The notes beneath the pieces are model-generated. The model was given only the letters and a program-made list of their open reading frames with translations. It was not told the origin of the DNA and searched no databases. DNA of 64,000 nucleotides from Candidatus Altiarchaeota archaeon. Its GTDB lineage: Archaea; Altiarchaeota; Altiarchaeia; IMC4; QMZM01. Below are positions 31,178 to 38,686 of this stretch, piece after piece; within the stretch, counting starts at the first letter, position 1, and the number at the start of each line of letters is the position of its first letter. The stretch is from contig JAFGDV010000012.1 of the NCBI GenBank assembly GCA_016931955.1, positions 37,510-101,509 on the forward strand, read 5' to 3'. Made by a program: the position numbers and the translations under genes.

Positions 31178-31194
31178 AGGAGTTGATCCCATGG
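31174..31194. repeat. Right 21-bp direct repeat of the AbiE-like module (gatagaggagttgatcccatg)
   Basis: Matches 29225-29245 at 20 of 21 positions. Overlaps the toxin stop codon. Confidence 0.5.
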
Positions 31195-31354
31195 AAGACC
31201 CCTTGAGGAGGAGGCTTCTCGATTAATCTTGATTAAAGATCTCATGGTATAACCTTTAACTTCAATAGGGAGGTAGGGGTAGGGTGATATGCGTATTTAT
31301 ATACTTATGTTCACTATAGTATACAAAATATGAGGAATTTGTTCACCGAATAAG

Positions 31355-32641
31355 ATGGAGCACAGAAAAATCATAATACAATGGAAAGAATACACACCAC
31401 CGAAGACACAACCCAGAGAAGTGAACATCGACCCCACAACAGACTTCATCACCACAATAACAGGCCCAAGAAGAGCAGGCAAAACATACCTCTGCTACCA
31501 GCTAATGAACCACCTAATAGACAAAGGAACCCCCCGAGAAAACATCCTATACGTGAACTTCGAAGACGAAAAACTCATAGGGGCTAAAGCAGCAGACCTC
31601 GAAAAACTGATGAACACATTCCAAGAACTAACAGACACCAACCCAGAACACAACACCTACCTCTTCCTCGACGAAATACAGAACGTCAAAGACTGGGACG
31701 CATGGATAAGGAGAATACACGACACCCAAAAAAACGTGAAACTAATACTCACAGGCTCATCCTCCAAGATGCTAAGCCGAGAAGTCACAACAAAACTACG
31801 CGGCAGAATACTAAACCACGAAGTATACCCCCTAAGCTTCAAAGAATACCTCACATGGAAAAACACCCCATACAACCTAAAAACACTAACAGAAAGCAGA
31901 GACAGAATCGAAGTAAAAAAACAATACAATGAATACCTGACAAACGGAGGCTACCCCACAATAGCACTCAACCAAGCACCCAGAGAACAGATACTCCAAA
32001 GCTACTACGAATCAATGATATTCAAGGATGTGGTAGAAAGACACAACATCAAAGACGTCAAAAAACTGCGCATACTCGCAAAACTACTATTCGAATCCAC
32101 ATCAAAAGAGATGTCCTACAACAGGCTAGCAAACAAACTCAAATCCCTCGGATTCACAGCAAGCAAAAACACCATAATAGAACACATCAGCCACTTCGAA
32201 GACGCATACCTATTCTTCCAGAACATGAAACACGAGTACTCCATCACAAAACGGATGGGTGCGATAAAAAAGATCTACTGCATAGACAACGGACTACTCA
32301 ACACAGTCAGCTTCAAATTCGCAGAAGACACCGGAAAACTGATGGAAAACCAAGTCTACATAGAACTAAAACGCAGAAACAAACAAGTCTACTACCACAA
32401 AGACAAACACGAATGCGACTTCCTCACACAAGAAAAAAACAAGATCACATCAGCCATACAAGTAACCCACACACTAAACGACGAAAACGAAGACCGAGAA
32501 ATAAACGGCCTACTTGAAGCCATGAGAACCCACAACCTACAAGATGGAACCATCCTCACCTTCGAACAAGAAGAGACAAGAAAAAAAGACGACAAAACAA
32601 TACGGATCACACCAGTCTGGAAGTGGCTGCTGGAGACATGA
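31355..32641 (+). CDS. COG1373-type ATPase paralog
   Basis: …ITGPRRAGKTYLCY…FLDEIQN…ITPVWKWLLET*. Confidence 0.65.
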   Translation: MEHRKIIIQWKEYTPPKTQPREVNIDPTTDFITTITGPRRAGKTYLCYQLMNHLIDKGTPRENILYVNFEDEKLIGAKAADLEKLMNTFQELTDTNPEHNTYLFLDEIQNVKDWDAWIRRIHDTQKNVKLILTGSSSKMLSREVTTKLRGRILNHEVYPLSFKEYLTWKNTPYNLKTLTESRDRIEVKKQYNEYLTNGGYPTIALNQAPREQILQSYYESMIFKDVVERHNIKDVKKLRILAKLLFESTSKEMSYNRLANKLKSLGFTASKNTIIEHISHFEDAYLFFQNMKHEYSITKRMGAIKKIYCIDNGLLNTVSFKFAEDTGKLMENQVYIELKRRNKQVYYHKDKHECDFLTQEKNKITSAIQVTHTLNDENEDREINGLLEAMRTHNLQDGTILTFEQEETRKKDDKTIRITPVWKWLLET

Positions 32642-32711
32642 GATCGAAAGAAAAACAGACCAGAGAGTATCTTTGTTGACCAAAATTTATAAATAATGGA
32701 CAACATAGATG

Positions 32712-32788
32712 TAAAGTGATAACATGGGACCGCGAAGAAAAAGGGAGAATAGAATACATACCACTATGGAAGTGGCTGCTGGAATAAA
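32712..32788 (+). pseudogene. 3'-terminal fragment of a COG1373 ATPase gene (ATPase-2-like)
   Basis: ataacatgggaccgcgaagaaaaagggagaatagaatacataccactatggaagtggctgctggaataa is ~88% identical to 24799-24866. No upstream ORF. Confidence 0.5.
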
Positions 32789-32984
32789 GAGGTTATTTCA
32801 TAGATGGCTGCTTGAGGCAGAAAGAGAAGAGCCCAGAAGAGAGCAAGGTAGTGCCCTGGAAAAGGCAAGATATAAAGGAGGTGAGGGGAAATAGGGGATA
32901 TAGTAGGGGCTCCGATGAATGCATCCCAACGAGGATAGAGAGAAAAGCTTTTAATCCCATATCGACAGAATACTTTAAGAGAAG

Positions 32985-33185
32985 ATGAAATGCGCACTGG
33001 ATAAGGAGGAAGGAATACCAGATAAGAGAAGATGCCCCAAAAAGATGCTCAACGGACCATGCGGCGGACAACTAAAGGGAAAATGCGAAGTAAACCCAGG
33101 ATTAGGGTGCGTGTGGGTGCAGGTATATGAGGAACTCAAGAAGAGGGGGAAAGAAAAAATACTCAAGGAGCTGTGCATGAGATGA
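32985..33185 (+). CDS. MetV-like small zinc-ribbon protein (MTHFR C-terminal-domain family)
   Basis: …RRCPKKMLNGPCGG…C…C… motif. Overlaps the metF start. Confidence 0.5.
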   Translation: MKCALDKEEGIPDKRRCPKKMLNGPCGGQLKGKCEVNPGLGCVWVQVYEELKKRGKEKILKELCMR

Positions 33186-34060
33186 CGCTGAGAAGAGAAT
33201 TAAAGAAAAAATTCACTTATACGGGAGAACTAGAACCCGGGAAGATTTCAGAGTTAAAGGAGATAGTAGAGGAAGCCAGGAAACTGAAGAAGTATGTTAC
33301 GGCATGTAATGTAACAGACAACCCGCAAGCTTATGCGTACATAAGCAGCCTGGCGGCGTCGTATATGATACAGGAGAAGGCCGGGATGGAGGCCATATAT
33401 CAGCTGACTTGCAGAGACAGGAATCGATTAGCGCTGACTTCAGAGCTGCTGGGGGCGGCGGCGCTGGGGATAAAGAATGTGCTGGCGTTGACTGGAGACT
33501 ACACTACGTTGGGGGATATGCCTGAGGCGAAGCCTGTATTTGATTTAGATGCGTGCCGGCTAGTGCATATGATCAAGGAGATGAACGAGGGAAGAGATAT
33601 AAAGGGGAACCGAATAGAACCTAGGACGGAATTCTTTATCGGAGTCGCAGCGAACCCCAACGCTATACCATTAGAACCGGAGATACTGAAGCTGGAGAAG
33701 AAAGAAAAAGTGGGGGCGGAATTCGTGCAGACTCAGGTAGTGTATGAGATGGAGATAGTAGAGAATTTCCTGGAGGCAACGAAGAACGTGGAGATACCGA
33801 TACTGATCGGGGTGTTCCCGCTGAGATCATACGGGGTAGCGGAGTACTTCGACAAGAACGTGCCCGGAGTCAAGGTACCCGAAAAACTGTTGAAGGAACT
33901 GAAGGAGATAAAGGAGGCTGGGGGGGCTCGGGAGGAATACGATAAAGTCAATGAAAGATTCTTTTCCGGACTAATAAAAGGGATAAAGAAGACTGATGCG
34001 AGGGGATGCCATATAATGGCGGTGAATTACTCGGAGATTGTGGAGAAGCTGGTCGTCTAA
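33173..34060 (+). CDS. metF: Methylenetetrahydrofolate reductase-like (MetF)
   Basis: 295-aa TIM-barrel MTHFR signature (…VTDNPQAYAYISSLAASYMIQEKAGMEAIYQLTCRDRNRLAL…ALTGDY…). Confidence 0.65.
   Translation: MHEMTLRRELKKKFTYTGELEPGKISELKEIVEEARKLKKYVTACNVTDNPQAYAYISSLAASYMIQEKAGMEAIYQLTCRDRNRLALTSELLGAAALGIKNVLALTGDYTTLGDMPEAKPVFDLDACRLVHMIKEMNEGRDIKGNRIEPRTEFFIGVAANPNAIPLEPEILKLEKKEKVGAEFVQTQVVYEMEIVENFLEATKNVEIPILIGVFPLRSYGVAEYFDKNVPGVKVPEKLLKELKEIKEAGGAREEYDKVNERFFSGLIKGIKKTDARGCHIMAVNYSEIVEKLVV
34001..34053. repeat. 53-bp direct repeat (genuine 3' end of metF), left copy
   Basis: aggggatgccatataatggcggtgaattactcggagattgtggagaagctggt. Partner at 34721-34773 with 2 mismatches. Confidence 0.7.
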
Positions 34061-34398
34061 GTTTTTTCCATAAGGATCTTTTTGATGATGGGTCTGACCA
34101 CTGGTATGTCCTCCTTCACGACAAGCCACACCCTCTTAGGGTCCATCCCAAAGTAGAAATGGATAGCCTTATCCCTCATACCCGCTATATCCCGCCAAGG
34201 CACTTCAGGATGCTTATCCTTCACAGGAGAAGGCACGTTTTTTGCCGCTTCGCCTATGACCTCGACACATCGGATGACGGCTTATTGAGTCTTCTCATCC
34301 CCTAAAAACACGTCATAAGACATATCTCTGATGAATTCCTCGGCAAGCTCCATGTTCTCCAACATATCCTTCAGATAGATTGACACGTTCCTTTTCAT
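34057..34398 (-). pseudogene. HEPN (DUF86) toxin gene with an in-frame TAA stop
   Basis: Minus-strand translation gives MKRNVSIYLKDMLENMELAEEFIRDMSYDVFLGDEKTQ*AVIRCVEVIGEAAKNV…RDKAIHFYF… (Rx4HxY HEPN motif). The stop is at 34282-34284. Start overlaps the MNT stop by 2 bp (34396-34397). Confidence 0.5.
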
Positions 34399-34688
34399 AC
34401 ATAAACCGCCTCCTCTAGGACTCTATCCCGCAACTCAGCGCGAAGATCCTTTTTAGGAACAACATCAGCCTTAACGCCGAGAACATCACCCAAGAAATTC
34501 TCCAAGCCAACAATCCTGAGAAGACTCACCGGCTCCTCGAATTCGACGAGGAAGTCAACATCACTTGACTCATCCTGCTCACCCCTGACATAAGACCCAA
34601 AAACACCGATACTCTTAACCATAAACCTCCTCGAAAGCTCAGCCCTATGCTTAGACAAAGCAGTCCTAATGTCACCAAGGGTTACCAT
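34395..34688 (-). CDS. Minimal nucleotidyltransferase (MNT) antitoxin
   Basis: GVFGSYVRGEQDESSDVDFLVEF, the Pol-beta NTase motif of MNT antitoxins. 97 aa. Confidence 0.7.
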   Translation of the reverse strand: MVTLGDIRTALSKHRAELSRRFMVKSIGVFGSYVRGEQDESSDVDFLVEFEEPVSLLRIVGLENFLGDVLGVKADVVPKKDLRAELRDRVLEEAVYV

Positions 34689-34720
34689 ATTAGGATATTG
34701 GACTTAGAAACTATAAGCCA

Positions 34721-34773
34721 AGGAGATGCCATATAATGGCGGTGAATTACTCGGAGATTGTGGAAAAGCTGGT
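34721..34773. repeat. 53-bp direct repeat, right copy (duplicated metF 3' end, retains a stop)
   Basis: aggagatgccatataatggcggtgaattactcggagattgtggaaaagctggt. Confidence 0.7.
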
Positions 34774-34902
34774 TTAGAAAAAAAGCTCTCCAGACCATTT
34801 CTTTAGTTGGGTGAAACCCCTTTCAGAGAGAATATTGCCTGCAGCCAAAAAGACCTTGAGGAGAAGGTGATTAAGGATTATGCAGCCTGATATAATACTG
34901 TA

Positions 34903-35751
34903 TCACTTAGAGGAATACATCACTCCATTCTTGTCCTTGACAGTTAATTCAGCGGGGGCGAAGATATCCGCCGGAATATTATAGAAGTCGCGGTCAGCCT
35001 GCTGGAAGATGTCGCAGAAAGACCTGCCGAAAGCAGAGGAATTCTTGGAGACGGACCTCTCAGTCAAGGAAGGAACCCAGTCACTTACCTGAAGAAAGAC
35101 GTTACCCTTATAGATGATGGCGTCATTGGCCTCGAACATGCAGTCTTCGCTCAATTCCACCATGGGAACGGAACCCTGAGCGGAGACGATGTTGTTGACG
35201 TCAAAGCCCAGGTTAAGGAGACGGAAGACAGCGACCTCGACGACGCGGGAAAGAACATTGACCAAGCCAGTCAAGGAATTAGGACGAAAAACACCGATGA
35301 GAAGGTCAGAGGCGCCAGTATCCCTCAGGATGGATTCAAGAAGAGGCCTAGGGGGGAAAGAACTGGTCTCAAGCAAGAGGGCGGCAACATCAGAGGACTC
35401 AAAGTAGTTGATCCTAGGCAGAAGACCCGGAGGCTTGTCCGCTAGGATGCGGGCAGGGCCCGAGCCCATGGCGGAAAAATCCCCGGACTTGACACGCCAG
35501 CCCGCCATCTGAGATCCAAGGGTTGCGACGGCAGGGGCCTCGTCGATCCTGACCTGGACGACGTCGTCTATCATAACCTGACCCAATCCTGCAAGAGAAG
35601 CCTCAGCCACCCACAAAGCGGTATCCAAGTCAGGCACAGAATTCAAGCCGACGTCTAAGACAGAGACTGAGCCAAAATCAAGCTCCAACATAAGGGATGG
35701 ATCCACCTTAAGGGATTCAAGGATCCCATAAGCGCGCTTGTTTAGGTTCAT
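34903..35751 (-). CDS. mch: Methenyltetrahydromethanopterin cyclohydrolase-like (Mch)
   Basis: 282 aa. …AGWRVKSGDFSAMGSGPARILA… and …FYNIPADIFAPAELTV… resemble Mch hallmark segments. The call is from memory of the family. Confidence 0.45.
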   Translation of the reverse strand: MNLNKRAYGILESLKVDPSLMLELDFGSVSVLDVGLNSVPDLDTALWVAEASLAGLGQVMIDDVVQVRIDEAPAVATLGSQMAGWRVKSGDFSAMGSGPARILADKPPGLLPRINYFESSDVAALLLETSSFPPRPLLESILRDTGASDLLIGVFRPNSLTGLVNVLSRVVEVAVFRLLNLGFDVNNIVSAQGSVPMVELSEDCMFEANDAIIYKGNVFLQVSDWVPSLTERSVSKNSSAFGRSFCDIFQQADRDFYNIPADIFAPAELTVKDKNGVMYSSK

Positions 35752-37325
35752 TTTCCAACGGAGGGGAAAAGGGTCCCATCCTTGTGAGGAAGATACAATG
35801 CGTTAAGATACTCCTCATTAAAATCTTTAGATTCTGAGAGATTAAAGTATGTGACCTTTTTGGCGAGGGATTCCGCCCCCTTCTTCACCTCGTCGTCGAC
35901 CAACGCCATATATGCGCCCCTGAGGGAGCCGTTGCCGATGAACTCGAACCTCTCCCTTGGGATATCAGGAAGCAAGCCAATGGTTATCGCCTTCTCCAAG
36001 TCGATGTGGTAGCCAAAGCCGCCTGCTATGTAGATCTTCTGCAGATCATTGAAGTCAACGCCCACCCTGGAAAGGGTTCTGGCGCCGGCATAGATGGCGG
36101 CCTTACCCAACAGGATATTGCGGACGTCCTTCTCGTTCAAGGAAATATCCCTGCCGTTGACGGTTTCGTCTCCGAAGACGACTACGAATTCGAGGCCGTT
36201 GGCTCCGGACCGCAACCTATCAGAGGGCATGTCGGAGAACCTGCCCTGGTGGTCTATTACATCCCTCCTGAATAGGCCAGCAAGTAAACTGATCAAACCG
36301 GAGCCGCATACGCCGGCAGGCTTCTCATTGCCTACGGTAGAGTAGACCACGTTAAGGTCTTCGTCTACGTCGATGCGCTCAATGACTCCCATAACAGCAG
36401 GCATGCCGCAGCTGACCTCGCCCCCCTCAAAGGCCGGGCCGGCTGAGGTAGAACATGCAAGAAGCCATTCACTGCAGCCTAAGACGACTTCGCCGTTGGT
36501 ACCCACGTCGACCAGCATGGAAGGCTTCTCTGATTTATGCAAGCCGCTGACAAGGATGTCAGCTACCACATCCCCGCCAACGAAGCCGGCGATGCCCGGC
36601 ATAGAATAGAGGCTGCCAGAGCAATTCAACCTGAGTTTCTCCGCATCCAGGCGGCGAGGTAATCTAAACTCTGAAAGTTCAGGGTCCTCCAAGACAATAC
36701 GAGGATCCCGGTCCAATAGGATGTAGGTCATGATGGTGTTGCCTGCAGTGACAATGTGCTTTACCCGCACATGCTCTCTGCCCTCGATGAGGGAAGCGAT
36801 GACTGAGTTGACTGTATCGATGATTGATCTGTTAAGGGATTCCACGCCTATGTGCTCAGCGTATTTCAAGCGAGTCAATACGTCGCCGCCGTAGGTTACC
36901 TGCCTGTTGTATTCAGAGGCATAGGCCACAGGCTTCTTGGTCGAGAGGTCGACGAGGTAGGCGAATACAGTAGTCGTGCCGACGTCGACCGCCACGCCGA
37001 CGTCGAAGCCCGACAATTCAGACAATTCCAGACTAGGAGACTCGGAAAGGATCTGATGCTCACCCAAGCGGCTCTCAGGCGGGACGAAGACGATCAAGTC
37101 AGACGCTGGAAAGGTCTGGCATGCCAGGTGCAGGTCACCTGATTTAGGCTTCAAGGACCTGACCCTGCCCTCCTCGATTCTGACACCGCATCTGCCGCAT
37201 CTGCCTTTGCCATAGCAGAGGGCGGACAAGCATATGCCTGCTTCCATGGCTGCATCAAGGAGGGACCTGTCTTCCCCGATCCTGACAACCCTGCCATCCG
37301 GTTGAAAGGTTACAATGTACTCCAT
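35748..37325 (-). CDS. Reductive activator of corrinoid proteins (RACo/RamA-like): [2Fe-2S] ferredoxin + ASKHA ATPase (COG3894)
   Basis: N-terminal plant-type ferredoxin C-x4-C-x2-C (CYGKGRCGRCGV) followed by a ~450-aa ASKHA/DUF4445-like domain. Adjacent to CFeSP genes. Confidence 0.5.
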   Translation of the reverse strand: MEYIVTFQPDGRVVRIGEDRSLLDAAMEAGICLSALCYGKGRCGRCGVRIEEGRVRSLKPKSGDLHLACQTFPASDLIVFVPPESRLGEHQILSESPSLELSELSGFDVGVAVDVGTTTVFAYLVDLSTKKPVAYASEYNRQVTYGGDVLTRLKYAEHIGVESLNRSIIDTVNSVIASLIEGREHVRVKHIVTAGNTIMTYILLDRDPRIVLEDPELSEFRLPRRLDAEKLRLNCSGSLYSMPGIAGFVGGDVVADILVSGLHKSEKPSMLVDVGTNGEVVLGCSEWLLACSTSAGPAFEGGEVSCGMPAVMGVIERIDVDEDLNVVYSTVGNEKPAGVCGSGLISLLAGLFRRDVIDHQGRFSDMPSDRLRSGANGLEFVVVFGDETVNGRDISLNEKDVRNILLGKAAIYAGARTLSRVGVDFNDLQKIYIAGGFGYHIDLEKAITIGLLPDIPRERFEFIGNGSLRGAYMALVDDEVKKGAESLAKKVTYFNLSESKDFNEEYLNALYLPHKDGTLFPSVGK

Positions 37326-38686
37326 TCTTTCCCCAGGAAAACACCCAACTGAGAGGAATCCTGCGGACCAACGATGACATCCCAGCCAGTTCGGCGCTCC
37401 AGTTCCTCCTTCAGGGACTCCATCACCCCGGGAATGATCAATTTTTTGTGATTGACGCGCTCGGAGAGACGGCTTTTCTCCAACGCCCTGCTGATGGCTT
37501 CCACAGATAACTTGTCGGCTGCGACGGCGACCGTCGCTGCGAGGCCGCCGGAGTCTATTATTAATAGAAAACAGGAAACACCCGACCTCCTAAGATCGTC
37601 TGAGACGCTGAAGTAGGTGAGGGTGAAGTTAGTGGACAGCAAGACAGGAGAGAACTCGTTGGGTTCACCGATCTCATAGAGCTTAGGCTCCACTGTAGGC
37701 TCGACGCGAGGATCACCGTAGATGTTCGACCTAAGGATTAGGAGAGGTAGGAGAGACCACCGCTCGATGGAGTGCACGATGAAGAGGCTGGCGAAGCGGT
37801 GCAGTAGGAGGGATGCAATCGTGGATTCTAGGTAGGGCTTCGATTCGTCACCGCAACCCCTCATCCAGACGGAGGCCGTAGACGCCATTAGAGGGAACCC
37901 AAGTTCTCCAACGCCGTCTAAGGCAGCCTTCCTCAGGAGGGTGAACTTGTTGACGGTACGGGCAAGACCATCATCCCTTACATCGATCCCAGGATCGAGG
38001 ATCAGGTTGCTGAAACCCTCAGAGATGATCCTCTTGGAGAGGGAGGAGAGACCCTCCACCGTGGGAGAATAGACGACGAAGGCTGTATCGTATTTGCGGG
38101 CAAGCTTCAACACAGCAGACCAGTTCTCGCTGTCGGCTGCGTAGAGCAGAGGCCTGCGAGAGCCCACAAGCTCCAAGCCATCCCTGAGGACCTCAGGTTT
38201 AAAGGAGCAGAGAATCAATGGACCAGAGAAGTTCTCCGATACCAGTTCAAGGGCCTTCCTAAAGCGGTAATCTTTATTAGATGCAGACCTGACCGAGACA
38301 CCGTCCAAGGACAATCTCATGCCAGCCCGCTCCACAGAAAAATCCTTGACCAATTTTATTCTATCCAGTATTTCCTCCTCAGGCATAAGGTCGCTGACGT
38401 CCATGAAGAAAGGCGGGGGATTGAAGAACCTGAACTCGTGACGATAGAGGACCTCTTCGCCGCCGACTGATAGATTAGAGAAGGATGAAGCTTGGACAGG
38501 CGGCATCAAGAGTTTATTTAATGTGTTCCATTGCTCATCTGATAGTAGAGGGCAATCAGAGGGCTTGGCTTCTCGCTCCAGGAGCTTCAAGGCATAAGAC
38601 ATGCAGGTCTTAAAACCACATCTGCCGCAGTCCGTCTTCGGAAGATGCCCGTACAATTGAAGAGCTGTCAGCCTTTTCACGTTCAT
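37310..38686 (-). CDS. cdhE: CO dehydrogenase/acetyl-CoA synthase corrinoid Fe-S protein large subunit (CdhE/AcsC, gamma)
   Basis: Start at MNVKRLTALQLYGHLPKTDCGRCGFKTCMSYALKLL…DCP, the N-terminal [4Fe-4S] motif of AcsC/CdhE. The upstream 99 codons in the track look like a no-stop artefact. Confidence 0.55.
   Translation of the reverse strand: MNVKRLTALQLYGHLPKTDCGRCGFKTCMSYALKLLEREAKPSDCPLLSDEQWNTLNKLLMPPVQASSFSNLSVGGEEVLYRHEFRFFNPPPFFMDVSDLMPEEEILDRIKLVKDFSVERAGMRLSLDGVSVRSASNKDYRFRKALELVSENFSGPLILCSFKPEVLRDGLELVGSRRPLLYAADSENWSAVLKLARKYDTAFVVYSPTVEGLSSLSKRIISEGFSNLILDPGIDVRDDGLARTVNKFTLLRKAALDGVGELGFPLMASTASVWMRGCGDESKPYLESTIASLLLHRFASLFIVHSIERWSLLPLLILRSNIYGDPRVEPTVEPKLYEIGEPNEFSPVLLSTNFTLTYFSVSDDLRRSGVSCFLLIIDSGGLAATVAVAADKLSVEAISRALEKSRLSERVNHKKLIIPGVMESLKEELERRTGWDVIVGPQDSSQLGVFLGKEWSTL

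Larger units (their letters stand above)
34054..34720 (-). mobile_element. HEPN-MNT toxin-antitoxin cassette inserted at the metF 3' end (bounded by the 53-bp duplication)
   Basis: A 667-bp segment carrying MNT and an interrupted HEPN, bracketed by direct repeats of the metF terminus. Confidence 0.4.

Noticed and set aside
30436-31206. 256-aa alternative-frame ORF overlapping the AbiEii-like gene
   Set aside because: It is a low-complexity basic sequence. The in-frame NTase motif supports the other frame.
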